Below, piece after piece: positions 46,299-61,625 of a stretch of DNA of 64,000 bases. The stretch is from Lingula anatina (lineage: Eukaryota > Animalia > Brachiopoda): assembly GCA_051362555.1 (NCBI GenBank), contig CM120640.1, forward strand, positions 35,855,967 through 35,919,966. Reading direction: 5' to 3'. The position numbers were made by a program, and so were the translations under genes. Under the pieces are notes generated by a model. It saw only the letters and a program-made list of their open reading frames with translations. It ran no database searches and had not been told where the DNA came from. The first letter of the stretch is position 1. Every line of letters starts with the position of its first letter.

Positions 46299-49245
46299 AC
46301 TGGACTACACTCGACTCAGTTATCATAGGGCATTTCAGAAAAATTATTTATTGTAAACATTGATTGTATTGTTTTGGAACCAATGGGTAATTATGATAAA
46401 GATAATGAAATGCTATGAATTACCTTGCTCAATCAAAAGAAAGAAAATAAAAATATTTTATGATTAATGATGTTTTTGCATTCTAAAATTTTAAATATCT
46501 ATATTTTAAATCCTTAAGGTGTGTCTAGAGTAAGTGTTACTGTTGTTATTGGGGCATCTTTTTCCACGCAGCAGTATTTACGCAGCATTTTGTATTATGA
46601 ATCCAACTATAAATGCCATGAGAGAAAGCATTTGTCATAAGTTAGCAAAGCCACTTATGTTTAGTTCTTAATATGTACATTGCACTAGAATATAGCCATT
46701 GATATATTTTGTCACAATAAAGATTTTTAATTTTGTAGACATCTGATTTTGAAAATATTTATAGTTTACAAAAGAAAGTTTTGTGTGTACATGTATATAA
46801 TATTATATGCTTAGGCTTGTGACGTATATGAAGTTTGAAGTTTCTAAATGAAGAAATGTACTATTTTAAATAGGTGTTATTATGCACAGTTTGATGTATT
46901 CTGATAATTTCTTACATATTGTCATCCATTGCCACAGAAAATGGACTTCACAAAAAGATTAAAGATGTGACAACATAACAACAGGATGTAAGTGAAGTTA
47001 ACATATTTCAAGATGAAGGCTATAGGTTTCATAAGATCTATATATTTATATACATATTTCTATGTAGTTATATTTATGATTATTTATGTACTCTTGAGCT
47101 GCATTAATATTATTTATTTTATTGTTTATATTTATTCATTGACAGCATACCCTATACTTGTAGATGTCTGAAGATTGTGCAGTTTTTATGTTAATGAAAC
47201 CACTGGTTACATCACCATAATGCATTACACTTTATATATATATATATATATATATATAACACGTATTTTTTTTTTTTTAGGAAAAACTGAGAAGAGTAAG
47301 TTCCTCTTACTTGACTCAGAATATTGGGCCTTCTCACCTACAAACATTTGCACACCATTTCTGTTTCACACATATGAAGTATTTGAGACTTTCAACAAAA
47401 TTTTCATGATATTAGTAAAATTATATAGCAAAATTGTTTCCTTTAGTATGGTTTATATTTCTTTGTATTGAAGACTTTCAAAGTAAATGCCTTTAAAGAT
47501 CAGCACCTACATCAACTGTACATTGCCTCACTTTCCATCAGTTGTCAGAAGACTGCCCCCAGAACCCATAATACAATACCATAGCTTTCCGCAAGGCAGA
47601 TGTCTGAAGCCTATGCTCCTGTCACATTATAGCAATGTTCTTTTTCATATTAGTCAAATAAATTATTAAGACTTAACAGTAGGTTATGCAATTTAATGGA
47701 CACTGCAGGGCATAAGATTTGTTATAGCCTTGAGTAATGTTCATATGGTTGTGAAACTATTTACGAAATGGTGAATTTCATTGCAACTTAAAATGAAATG
47801 TTAGCATTTATGCTGTTATAATGTACAAGTATGAATGTGATGCTTTTTATTCTTTATATTCCTTTGTTTAAAAACTTTTTACTGTTATTTTTTACATAAA
47901 ACTTATTATTAAAGAGTTGCCACTTAACTGGCATTTTTACGGTTATGTAGGTAAAATAAAACACAGGTTTTACTTAAGTCTTTTTAATGGCTCTCATTGA
48001 AAACTTATAAAAATATTTGACAGCTGCTACTATGTACAATGTGATGAAACAACCCTGGTGATATGGTTACAAAGAAGGTTCTGTGCCAATCAAATGCTTT
48101 AAATATACAGTGGGAGTCTTAACAGTAAAACCAACCCAGGTCCTGTGTACAAATACTTCACATAAAATACTGTTGGTTAAACTGACTCTTGTGTCAGTAC
48201 AAATGAAAAAAAAAGTGCATAGCCATATCAAAATGATTTACATTGAGTCTATACATTATTAAGAACTATACAACATTGTTTGAATTTAAAAAAAAATTAA
48301 AACAAATGAGAAATATGCATTTCTTTAATGTGTCACATGATCCTCATATTATCTCATCACATTCCTATTCAATATTAAAAATATATATATAAAACCTTAA
48401 TTTTCCCCCTGGCTTGCAATGATCTCATATGTAACATAACGTTTCCACCTGAATTGAGTATTTCAATAAAAATAGACCACAGTTACAAGGTAATTTCATT
48501 TATGAGTACAAGCGGTTTGTGGCCACATGGTACAAATGTAGTCCACATCAGTTTTAGAACCTATGGACTAATATAATAACAAACATAAGTAACAACGCCT
48601 CAAAGTAGATTATTGCACACTTAAATAACAGTATGATGGAACAAGAACCTGATGAAATGGGAAAATGAATAGAAATTACACAAATAAAACACTTCACACA
48701 ATGATGCTCAAATTTGAATTTAAAGCTGAATTTCAACTGTGGTCAAATCTTTTTTTTATCAAAAGGGCCATACAGTAGCATACAGAATTGTTTAACAAGA
48801 CTGAATGCATTTAGAAAAAAATCTGCCCTTTAATCGTCAACTTACAATGTAAAAAAAAATCATCTCATTTTTATCTATATTCACAACATGGTTTTTCTTT
48901 GATTTGTGGTTATTGTTCACAGCTATGCTTTGTATCAACAAGAGTAAAGTACTGATACATGAAAATGAATTATTTGTTCTTTGTAAACCACCTCATAAAT
49001 ATATGGAAGTGTGCACTTCAGATCTGATATTAAAATTGCCCCTAAATATAACTAGAGACCAATCATAACCTCTGCCACAGTAGCTTTTTTAAATGCTTGT
49101 TTTGATATATGCTTAGGAACACAAATTTCTTGAATGATGCACAATATTGTAGAACTTAACAACCAGATTTAACCAAGAGCACAGCCTTAGTTCCCACTTT
49201 CCTTGAACAAAAGCTGATATCATCTACAGTGAAATCATCTGACCA

Positions 49246-52200
49246 TCAAGGCATATTAGGCATCATATTCATGTATGGCTGATTGGGCATGTTACCTGCC
49301 ATGTTTGGGGGAGGCATCTGGCGTGGACGATTTTGTGCATAAAGTTGCTGTTGGAACTGGTGAAAATTGGCATTGTTATAATTTGGATTCCCACCATTAG
49401 GTGGCCCTAGCATACCAAAGTCTTGTGATCCCATCCTTGGAGATGGACTCCAACCAGGGGGCATCCCTGAGGAGCCCCCTGGAGGACCTCCTGGCATCCC
49501 CATGGGCATCCCCGATCCTGGACCCATCCCACCAGGTCCTGCTAGAGGTGGGGAGTGCATCACTTGGTTTCCTGGTGGCATTCCCATGCCAGGCTGTGGT
49601 CCTGGACCATTGTGGCCAAAAGGTGGCATGTCACCCCCTGGCCCTGGGTTTCCAGGCATCATCCCCATCATCCCCATATGCTGACCTTGCATGGCTCTAC
49701 CTCCTCCTCGGCTCATCAGAGGGAAGCCCTGGTCTTGGGGCCCATCTGGGAAATAACTGAGTTTAGAAGAAGGTACTTTAGAGTCCATGTTAGCCAGTGG
49801 ATTAGAGAACCTCTGCATCATATCAAAATGCGGCTGGTCTGGTGTTGGCCCTCCTGGTGCACCTGCCCTGATATGTGCTGATGGATTGGACTGAGCAGGA
49901 GGGTTGGCAGGAAGGTACTGAATGGTATTGGGTGCCTTGGCTTGAATCTTCACATTAGCATTGCCCATACCCTGGGGAGGTGGACCTGGTGCCCTGTATC
50001 CTGGAGGTGTCTGTTGAGGTCTATCACCAGGTCCACCAGGAAAAGGCGGTCCCCTAGGCCCAGGGTAAGATCCCATGCTTTCGGGTTGACCTGGAAAATG
50101 ACCTCCAGGTCCCTGGAAGTGACCACTGCTGTTCTGGGGCATTCCATTGGGAAATGACCCCATGACCATGCTGGCAGATTGGTGGTTGGTTGGTGGAAAT
50201 CTGCCCATCATTCCCTGCTGGCCTCCGGGAAAGTTACCCATTCCTGGTGGAGAATCAAAGAACTGTCCTGGCCCCTGAGGTGTATGGGGAGGGCCTCCAG
50301 GGAAAGGCCCTGAATTTTGTCTGCCCATAGGCCCAAAATCTTGCCCTGAATCCATGAAAGGCCCACCAGCTGCTTCTGGAAAAGGCCTGTGAGTAGGATC
50401 ACCTTCCATTGTGCTCATGAATGGATGCTTTTCTGATACTGACGTTGCTGTCATAGCAACACTACTGTGCGGCATTGTGGGTGCCATAGACATTGTCATT
50501 TGATTCATATCATTATTCATTTGCTGCACTTGCATAGTGGGATAGTTTCCAGGTGTAGTCACATTTTGAATGTTCAACTGTTGTATTGACATTGTTGCAT
50601 TTACGTATGTATTGTTAACACTAGGAGTCTGTTGTGATGTGCCACAGCTTCCCTGTGGCATTTGTCCTTGGTTTAGATGATCTGGGAGGGGTGGGTGACC
50701 AGCAGTATTGGAGCTGGTGGACCCTCCCACACTTCCTCCCTGGTTAGTACTTGCACTCTCCTGAACACTAGTCATTTGACTCTGAATTTGAATGTTATGA
50801 AAAGGTCCACCCTGCATCATGTTTTGTTGCATTTGATTGGATAAATGTTCCACTCCTTTGGCGAGATTAGCAAGACTGGCAGAGGTGATGTTGGACATAG
50901 TGGACTTTGATGATGATGTGGTAGATGTGGATGTTGCACCAGCAGGACTGCTGCTGACCGGCGGAGGATCAAAGTGGGATAACCTACGACCACCAGATGT
51001 CACCGACCTAGGAGAGGATATTGCTTCTGATGCTGGCATTGGGCTTTGGATGGATTGTGCCTGGCTGCTCTGACCTGTACTTGATATAGGGCTTGGCAGT
51101 GGTGCAGCTGTGGACATTGTAGGTGTGCCTGGTAAAGAACCATGCCGTGACCTTTGACCGCCTTTGGAACTTTGCACTGGCCCTGACAGTGGGCTTGCTA
51201 TAGACTGCAGTGGTGAGTGGATATTCTGGTTGTGAGGATACTGATCTGACCTTGCTTGTTTTTGTGCAGGAGAGTCTGGTGGACCCTGATAAGCAGTGTT
51301 CAATTGTTTGGTTATTGTTAACTCCTGGCCTTCATACTGATTCATATAATTCATTTGTTGCGGCGATGGAGTTGGTTGAAGATTTTTGTACAAATCTTCG
51401 AAATCATCCCTTTCTCTTTTCCTCTTGGTAGACTGGGCATAGCTTGGTGGTGGTTTTGGAGGACCACTGACACTGGAGACTGGAGGAGGAGATGTGATCC
51501 GGAACTGCTCTGGATTGCCTACTTTCCCTATCATCACATTAGCATTCTTGGGTGGATTCGGTTGCCTCATCATGGGACCCATACCAGGACCAAAGTTCTG
51601 CCCCATATTTCCCATCATTTCTAAAGAATTCCCAGGAGGGGGAGGTCCCTGAGGTCCAAACATCTGGTCAGGCATTGGGTGCCTGGGTACTATTCCTCCC
51701 GGACCAGGTCCTGGGAACATGAAGTGGCCTTGTCCATCAGGGCCAGGTGACATATGACCATGTGGGGAGGTTAATGCTGGCCCTCCAGGGTGTGGTGACA
51801 TCATGGGTCCACCATGGTGAGGGGAAGGTACAGGGCCACTGTGGTGGGGAGATGGCATTGGCCCCCCTGGGTGTGGGGAAGGCATGGGTCCACCTGGATG
51901 TGGGGATGGCATTGGGCCACCAGGGACTTGTCCACCTGGCATCATACCTCCTGGCATAGGTCCACCTGGCATCATCCCTACAGCTGGGTCAGGAGACTGC
52001 ATGGGGCCTCCTGGGAGAGCAGGGGATGAGGTAGGGGACAAGGGAGGCATTCCCTGTCTTCGCTGAGATATAGAACTGTAGTAAGATGGAGGAGGACCCT
52101 GGGCAGAGTTTGGAGGAAAATTCATCCCTGGTTGACCTGGTGGTCCTGGTTGTCCACCTGGCTGACCATACATCTCCTGCATTTGCATCTGCTGATACCT

Positions 52201-55200
52201 CCTCTTCTCCATATAGAACTGCTGCTGTAGCCTCATCCACTCTCTCTGTGCTGCTGCCTTGCTAGGCAGTCCCTCAGCATTTTGCATACTGACTGTCTGC
52301 TGTTGCATCATCATATTTTGCTGTGTTGTCATCATACCCTGCTGTTGACTCATCATAGATTGTTGTGACATCATACTCTGGTGAGAATACATAGCTCCTT
52401 GCATACCCTGCATGTTCTGTGCCTGCGATGAGGCTGCTGCATTACTTTGCTCTAAGCCAAGCATCTGCTGAATCTTCCGTAAACTGGCCAAGTGCTCTTC
52501 TCGCCTTTGCAGTTGCTCAGGGGTCAAGTTTTCATTGGGGACTTTGCTCTGAGACAAATTACTGTGCATATTAGCAAAGTTCTGATTGGCCTGTGCCATC
52601 TGTTGTAAACTACCCATGGCAGACTGTCCTCCCCAGGGTCCCATCCCAGGGCCTGAGCTTGGGGGACAAAAGTCTGGGTTTAAATATTCTCCACTCATAC
52701 TCATATTATTTAAATTTGGTGGCCCAATAGGGCTAGAGTTATGAGGTTGCTGCATCCACTGTGAGTTGGGTGCCATACTGTTTGCTGGCAACATTGGATT
52801 GGATGACTGCATTGTACTGGGAGTTCCTCCCTGCATCTCTGCCATTGTGTATATAGGCATCCCTGATGGACCAAACTGGTTCATCTTCATTGGCATTTTC
52901 TGCAAATAAATATCAAGACATCCGTTTGTGTGAGGATTAGATAAAAAAAAAAGAGCAAACTGTATATGTAGGACAGCAATGAAAAGTTAAATGGGCCTCA
53001 ATTTTCTGCTTAATGACTGTTCAATGTCATTTTAATGACTGAAAAAATTAACACTTGTCATTACATGACTTTAGTCTTTTACAAGGCTTCCAATTCATTC
53101 ATTCATTCAATACCTCGTATCAGCAAAAACACAATCCATAACTTATACATGCTTTGGATTCTGTCTGCAATGTGTAGCCTATCCTTGTATCTTTAGACCA
53201 ACCAGCAAACAAATGCACAAATGAATGGAATCTACCAAACAGAAACTCATTTTATGATCCATTCTAGTCCAAAATAACTTCTCAGGTGTATTATCCCCAA
53301 TGGCACATATCCACTGATATATAGGCCACCAAAGAGATCATCTCTCCCCTTGCAGCTTCCATAGCAGTTAAAAGCAGGCAGGTAATGGTAATTACTCAAT
53401 TCTGATTTATTTCATAGCTCGGTAGGAACAAGTCAGTTACCAGCACCAAACACATCACTTCTGGCATACAGATGAGTTGATGAGATATCTTTTTTGTGCC
53501 GATGTCTTGGAGTACTCTCACATTTATCTTATAAAGTGCAGTAAAATTTGAAGAGAAAATGTGCTGTGCACTCTGAATAATTGCCTTTAATCATGACTAT
53601 AAATCTAAGCCTGACTAACAACTATTTCATTATGTTCCCCGCACTACCTAAATCTCTTTTGCACAACCTGAATAATGTATGAAGCAAGATATTGCACTTT
53701 GAAAATTGTCTCCTATCCTTCAGTGTGTCTGTCATCTCATGTGTGAAACAGTTGTTTATGTTTGTGGTTCTCATCCATGAGTTGCATTTGCATATAAAAC
53801 AGATGAACTGTGAGGTCGATGAATGTAAAAGCAAACTGTAATTCTCGCTGCAAAATCCTATCCCATCTTTCAAATTTATATGTAGCGATGATGTGTTAAT
53901 GTCTCTTTCTTACAGTCTCCAGAGTGACCCCCCTCTGTTCTACCTTGACTATGAAATTACTTCTGTTGACAAATGGCTAGCTGCAGAGCAATAAATATCC
54001 CAGACAGCTTTGCCACAACTCACTACCTCCTGGCGCACATTATGTTGTCTGCAAAAATTAACATCACTGTCACACCAAAAGCAATTACCGTCTTTTTTCC
54101 CTCTATTTGAATACAACGCAGAGTTGTTTAATGAAGCCTTGCATGAAAAAGAGTTGCATCAAAACTCAAAGATTTTTTTTCACTCTAGTTTAATTAAGTA
54201 TGTTGGGTTCTTGCTATGCAACATTCATCATTTTGGAAAGACAGTTTTTAAAATTAAAACATTATTATAGGGATGGATTCAATTTTGAGACCTTAATAAA
54301 GGAGGAAATACTTATTTCAAACCATAATTTCCACTGTAGCCCTGATATAAGTTACATAACAAAATATATCCCTATATCTTTGAATAACTAAGATTCCTAT
54401 CCATTTATAAAATGGGTTTATAACCCAAATTCCAAATCCTTAGAAAAACAATGCATAACAATTTTGAAAGATTTTCGCTTAAAAAAGACCCAAGGTATTG
54501 GCATACATAGGTAAAAGTCCGATAACAAAATCATTCCAAAACAAAATGCTGGCATGAAGTGTTTTACAGTCTTCTTAGTAAGGGCTGTCCTTCTGACTTG
54601 AGACGCCTATATACCCAGACGATAATTATATTTTCCAGAAAAATAGGGATTCATCCTTTCCTATTAAGGTTACAAAAGAACAATGAAGCAAAAGGTGTGC
54701 CTCCGTTTATACAGAAGGGTGAGTGTCCTCTACAGCCATACTATTGCAAAAACAAAGTATCACCACATCTGGGACTTAATATGTGAGAAAGAGTAAAGTG
54801 GTCCAAGGGAAAATTGAATAAATGCACTTTAAGTACAATATTTCCGAATGTTGGGAAGACAATTCCTAGAAGAGGTCAGGACAAGGACTTATTCATTTCA
54901 AAGGGGGTTAAAAGATGAATGGGTGAAAAGATGAATACTCATTTAACATATTTAGGAGAGGTTTTGCTGAAGAAATGCTATACTGAAGGATTTTTGTATT
55001 ACAATTCCGTTTAAAAAAACAGGATGACCACAGAGGGCTTTTCATCTTGTTTGTAAAATATTAATGACATCTGTGCAGAATGCAATCCCATTTACTTTCA
55101 CCTTCTGGGTATCATAATTAAGACAAAAATGTGAAAGTAGGTAAAATCTATTTTTAATTCAGTAACCCTTTACCTGCAATGTTTCCTTTGTTCCTGGCTG

Positions 55201-56641
55201 ATCCATGTGAAAGGCAAGAATAGATTTATATTGTCCATTCATCACAGCCTCAGAGGCTTTGTTGGCCAGAGATGTTGAGAACACAAATATCTGACTTTGC
55301 TGTTGCACAAAATTCCCTTCCATTGTGGTCATATTTTGTCCCGGTTTCATCCCGGCTGCCTTGACATTTTTGGCAGAACTGGTGCATGGAGTAGTGACAG
55401 CAGGTTTTACGTCTGTAAAAACAGTGGGGGAAAAAATATAAGAGTTGCGTCAATTTATTTTATCAGACATACAAGAAAATTGAAGGGGTTAAATGTGATG
55501 TAAAACAAATTATTGTTAGATATTATTTGCAGATTCTCATAAACATCTGCTGGCAGATATTTTATCAAATACATTTAAGTGTGACATTTGAGCTATTATA
55601 GAACATCACAAAACCGCCTGTTTGTATATTTTGTCCAAATCACAAGAATCAGACATGAAAATAAAATACATTTTGCCTTTGGCATCTATCTACATGGAAG
55701 GTAAAACAAGCAAAATCAGCTAACTCCAAAGACTACACCAATCTGATCAGAGCCATGCTTTGGTAATTTACCCCATGCCCATCTCATTGTGCCGCATACG
55801 TATTAGATCTTTCACCTTAAACTGGGGCTTCATAAGGTCAACCTGTGGTTCGGGTGATATTTAAATACACCTAAACATTTTATTCAAGACACTCTTTTTT
55901 ACAGTTCACTACATTCACACATCATGCGAGTTTGAAAAAAAGTTGCTGGTGTTAATGTATGGCAGATATGTACACATTCTCTTCTCTTTTCTGTAACTAT
56001 TGAATTAGATAAATTCAGGATATTACAGAACAGGATATTATTATATTGAGGAGTTTGGTTTTGAATTGGATAGGCAGATAAACAGAATATACTATATCAA
56101 ACAGAATAATGAAGTAATCTTGCTAATTCGCAATCATAATTGGGATATCCAATTCCACAACAATGCAAAGGTATGTCCAGGTTTGTTTTTTATGCATATC
56201 TAGCCAGGCGTGCATGGGCATGAAGGTTCCTGCACACTGGAATACAATTGGAATTCCATTTAATCAAACTCACCTTGTACGGTGCCATTTTCAGCCTTGA
56301 CCTCAGAAGTAGAGTTGTGCATATCTGTAAAAATGCAAAAAAAAAAAGAATAATAATAATAATAAATAAATATAAAATAAAAAAATAACAACCATTTTTC
56401 ACTCGTCATCAAACAATTTGTAATACTTCAAACAAAATAAAACCATATTTACACGTGTGAACTTCTTTCATACATACTTTATAATTGTCAAATTGATTGA
56501 TATGATAAAGGAATGTGAATAACCTTTCTTATCTGTCCCATTTGTTTGTCCTGTTTCAGCACTTGCAGTGGCTGGAGCAGACTCCATTTTGAGAGCTGTG
56601 TCAGCCATGTTGGGCTTGTCTTTGTCCTTTTCGTGCAACAT
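49246..56641 (-). CDS. BCL9: B-cell CLL/lymphoma 9 protein (BCL9/legless), Wnt/beta-catenin co-activator, at least ~1353 aa
   Basis: Exons 56524-56728 (first ATG at 56641; frame open up to the acceptor), 56274-56324, 55174-55412, 49246-52899. HD1 (Pygopus-binding): IFVFSTSLANKASEAVMNGQYKSILAFH. HD2 (beta-catenin-binding): ENLTPEQLQRREEHLASLRKIQQML. HD3: AQREWMRLQQQFYMEKRR. The remainder is Met/Pro/Gly-rich. Confidence 0.92.
51759..51921 (-). repeat. Coding 27-bp repeat in BCL9 encoding (GGPMPSPHP)-like units
   Basis: GGPMPSPHP GGPMPSPHP GGPMPSPHH SGPVPSPHH GGPMMSPHP GGPALTSPH in the 1219-aa ORF. Confidence 0.8.
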
Positions 56642-59600
56642 TCTAGTCACATCTGCAATTTGTCGTTTGAGGATACCGTCCTTGTGTAAATCTGATGCTT
56701 CAGAATTGTCTGGATTTGATTCTCGACTCTGAAATTGTTATCAGCAAATTAGCAGAGAAAAAGACACTTTTATTGGTATTCTCAGCTTCTAACTCTGGCC
56801 TTAAGATTTATTGACAAGTCATCATCCTCATAAAATATGGATATAGATACAGGAAGAATGAAAAAACATTACAATAATTAACAGCATTCAATGTTTTTAC
56901 CATGAGCAGTCAATATAAAGCAATTACAGCAATTTGAGTTTTCTACTGTTCCTTGTTTTGTATTGTTATTATGCCCAAACATATTAAAAGACCCAATAAA
57001 CCTATCATGTGGCTAAATATGGACCTTTTGTGGAATTCAACATTACATAAAATCACAACACAGCATTTTAGCCACAGAAACACAGCTAAGGGACTCCTTT
57101 CACCAATTTAAACTGTCAAAGTAAGTGACAGAAAAGACAAAATCTACTGCAATGAGTAGAGCTTTACCAGTCAAACTGATGTATTAATTTTGTTTTCAAA
57201 AATTTGTTGGCCTTTTAGTACCAATATGTAAGTACCTTATCATTGATTTTTCTACAGTAATAATATTCTATATAAATAGTGATGAGCACTGAAATCTAAA
57301 TACTGCTATCACAATCTTTTAACTTATACACTGCATGTTACACTTTTGTGGGTTCATTCTCTTTGAAAAACTACCCCTCATGCTGTTAACATTAGAACTC
57401 AATCTATTTCTGAAGACTGCTAAATTCCTAGTACCTGTGATACCTTTAACAAAAAATGTCTACTTACAAAACTCACATTTCAGTTACAGCATAAAATATA
57501 TAGCTAGTAAAAAACTGATTATGATCTATACCTGTAAACTCTCACTCAAATAAAATAAGAGATTCTGAAAACCATCAGATAGCTTCAATGCACATCATGA
57601 CCCAACTTGCAAAAACTAACCACAAAATCACCTACGTCCACTGTTTGACACTTCTGATATTAGCCTCCAATACCTTAGAAGACCAGAGGAATACAATTAC
57701 TATGACACAGCAAAAGATACAGTTTATATGGATCATTTCCCAAAGACAATTTAAATTAAACATAATTTTCTGCAATATCACTTTTTTTAGCAACTTCCTA
57801 TGAGGGTGAAAAGCATTATTGGCTCTTATGATTATTTCATTCTGTAAAGATTTGTAAAAATTATGCCACATCTGCTGGTATTGAAATACTGTTCTGTGTT
57901 CACCACTGATGGTGACATCCTTTCCCTATACTAATTGTGCAACATGATATGACAGAATAGAATTTACTGGTAGAGATTCTGTTCTAATTGGAAATCAGTA
58001 GTTTAGGTAATACATACACACTCACAACTCTTCTGACTCTTCTTCTAACTATAGGCCTCTTTCTACAGGTGTAAATCTGAAGAAAGAAGAGAAACAATAC
58101 GTCACTCTCACTGAAGATTTACAGACGTCTTTTGTGAAACAAAGAATTCATGCTGGTATGGAGTTTTGCAGAATTGTTAATACAGTACACTGCGCCTTCT
58201 GCTGTCAGTATACTTTAAGGAAATCAACTTCATCAAATTTTCTAAGGGCAAACTTTATAAAATTTACTAGAGTTTACTTAAACTTCACTAAATCAAATAG
58301 GTTCCATGGAAATGAAGCACAGTAGACTTGTAAATCAAACATCTCTAAAGACATCTCGAAACTGAGAAATTATCATCAAGAAGCTTCGAATCCATGCATT
58401 TATACCTCCACATTAATACACCCAGATACCAGTATTCCACTGTGAGAGAACCTTTGGGAACAATAAATAAGGGCCTGATATTGCCAATGCCATGTACTTG
58501 GGAAGAAAAGTGCCTCGTGTTTAATTACCTCGAGCTTCTGTTTCTGCCCAAGGTGACAGATATTGACTAGCTAATCTGTTTGGCTGCTCATTAAACAAAT
58601 CAAAGGGCAGGATAAATGGGTGAACCTAGCAAGACATATAGCATGCTTGCTATGCTTCTCTTATAAGCTAGAGTGACTTACATTGTGTACAAGGTACAGG
58701 TTACAATTGAGTGAGTAAACTAATCCAATAGAATAAAACACTACTTAACATGTTGGCTGCAGCGTTAAGGGGGGGGGGGGGGGGACTGACAAGGCGGTAC
58801 ATTATCTTTGACAAAAGACAAAAAAGCATCACGAAGTAATGTTAAATTTTCAGTCAATATATGAACTGATGTCACAAAAGCTACATGTCAACTGTTTGCA
58901 TAACAACACAAGTTTGTAGTCTAGCATACAGCCGCAATGTCACTGAGATCCTTCGTGCTGTTTTACCATTATGCACTGCCATTATTACACCTTAAGTATT
59001 ATATCATAATAATAAAACAAAACTCCATTACAGTTTCAAATCTAGACTGATTCCTCAAACAAAAAGGCTAATATGGAAGGAACACGAGTTAATGTAGCAT
59101 GCTTTCAAACAAATGCATCCTATTAGATAAGAAAGAATTTTTTTAAAATGGGACTCAACTTGCAAAAAGAGTCTGTGAGCAAGGAAAGAGAACCTTCCAC
59201 GCAACAATTACTCCATGTCTGACATAGTAGAATTCAAATCATTTCAGTCTGTTTTAGGAAGGAACAGCAACTCCTATCCAACCTGCCATGGAGAAAATGG
59301 CAACTGTGACCGATAACATAAATCAATATCACACGAGATAGATTCAAATAAACAAACCTCGACACAATGCACTCAGTCTTTTCAGTCTAAATAATAACGA
59401 GGACAAAAACCCTGGAGCAGATCTTCCACGTGTCCCCAGCCTGTGATAACTCTGCACTGATCAACTCTGCGACGACGTGCCCTGTCCCAGATCGCTTTCA
59501 TTGCCATTGCATGCCTAACACAGGACTTGTGCAACTTACACTTCCATTAAGAGGTACAGAGTGCCCCAGTTAAGTGGTACTAGTGCTACCTGTTAAAGAA

Positions 59601-60243
59601 AACAACTGCAAGAACTATATAAGCACTAAGTTCTTTAAAAGAGGTCAAGAAATTGAGGAAGAAATAAATAAATAAAGAACGGAGGTTAGGGTGATATGTT
59701 GCTCTTTTTCATCTCTGTGTGACACGCAACTCTTAGACACAACTAAAAATGTGCTTACTTTGGAAAAATAATGACTCGTTGGTGACAGTAACATTGCAGG
59801 TTATTCTAACTGAATATAGATGGTTAAATTTGCACCACTGAGACTTTTTAGCATATACATCAATAAAAAGTTAAGGGCAACAAAGAAAAACACAACTGTA
59901 AACTAACACTATCATAATTTAACTCTACCACTTAAAATCCAAAATATTCAAAGTTTGTAAAGTACTGCTCACTACCCAGTTTATTTTTTACTTTTTTTAC
60001 TTAAAGGACAGATGAGGACATATAAAACTCATCTTCATCTAGAACTGCTCTCAACTTCAGAACAGATGATCAGTACCTTGCTGCCCTACTTAACCCAAGT
60101 GCAATACATACATATTAATAGCAGAAGAGGTGTGGACTTCCACTTGCTTCAAGTGCCATCCAATACATTCAGAACAGCTGATCCATGTTGTATCCCTAAC
60201 TAAACACAAGTGGAGCACATGCACATTTACACCAGCTCATCCG

Positions 60244-60548
60244 TGTTATGACATCTATAACTTATTACTTTAAGTGGGGCATGTGATCATTAATCAAGAC
60301 CAATATGTGTTACATTTTAACCAACAGCGATGCACCATATGCTTTTTTCAAAGCACTTGATACTAGTAACTTCACTGACTAGCACCACTGTATCATGTTA
60401 CGCCATCTAACTTATTACTGTAAGTGGGGCATGCAATCATTAATCAAGACCAATATGTGTTACATTTTAACCAAGGGTAATGTACCATATGCTTTTTTTA
60501 AAGCACCTGATATTTGTAACTTGACTGACTAGCACCATAGCATCATGT
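60244..60548. repeat. Diverged two-copy tandem duplication, ~152-bp period
   Basis: The core TAAGTGGGGCATG..ATCATTAATCAAGACCAATATGTGTTACATTTTAACCAA occurs twice; units start at ~60244 and ~60396. Confidence 0.88.
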
Positions 60549-61454
60549 CTAACTGGCTCACACCAGTTCTCGGCACTTAACAGGATCTACACATTTGTTT
60601 GAACTGATCCATGCGGCCTTTTTAGTACAAGTGCAACATATACACATTAATAACAGCTGATCCTTGCAGCTTGTCACTACTACTTTACCAAAATAACCCA
60701 ATACTTCTTAATGATAAAACCATGAAACTGAGCTTTTTTCCTCACTTCTGCTCCCTTGTGGAATCGGAATCCATTTCTTAGGTGCCTCACGCTGATATAT
60801 ACTGTCTCAGCGGGCCTAGTCACTGCGAAGAGCAAGTACCCTAAATTTCTAGAATCAATATGCTGTTCACCTTCAGCTGAACACAGCTACAATTATGTGT
60901 GCAAATTCAACCTCACTTCCTAACTGTGTTTTCCTTCTCTCCATTGACATTGTTTGCATTATTTATACAATGTGCTTGTGTCTCGGTGTAAATGCGACTG
61001 AGAGTACTATATTGATCATATCTGTTTTGAGCAAAATACGCACCATTTCAAAAATCAGATTCACTGCCACTTTGAATACACTGTGACGCTGGCTGGGCTC
61101 AATACTCCCTGCTTTGAATCCAGCGCTGAGCTTGTTTTTTCAACATTTACCCCAACCACAGATTGTTTAACTTGAGAGAGCCTGAAGGGGCCAAGATGTT
61201 TTAAAAGGTTTATAGGTACACCAGCAATTTGCTAACTGCACTCATGTGTTTAAGGCACTTTGTATTTGCAATACAAAAGAAAGATGTATTGATCTCTTTT
61301 ATCCATAGCATCAGAACAGCACTATAAAACAGAGAGGAGACACTTCCTGGCGAAGAATTAAGACAAATCAACATGGCCATAGTCTCTCACATAAGTGACA
61401 GGTGACAGAGAAGACAAACAAAGACGATAAATGTGCTGATATATACCTTAACAC

Positions 61455-61625
61455 CTCTCTCTCTCTCTCTCTCTCTCTCTGTATATATGTCTCTAGTTTG
61501 CACACACACATACCGCACAATATGAACAAAGGTAGACAATGAATTTCTCTCTCATTCCCTCCTCTACTTCCCCCCTCTCTCTCCCTCACATATACACACA
61601 CACCCACCCACACATGCACACACAC
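61455..61625. repeat. (CT)n and (CA)n-rich simple-sequence tract upstream of the BCL9 coding exons
   Basis: A (CT) run at ~61455-61479 and CA/CT-rich tracts to ~61625. A minus-strand donor (aag|gtatat) at ~61447 may mark a BCL9 5'UTR exon. Confidence 0.7.

Noticed and set aside
49401-52240. Several plus-strand and alternative-frame ORFs
   Set aside because: They are shadow ORFs of the GC-rich BCL9 terminal exon with no independent homology.
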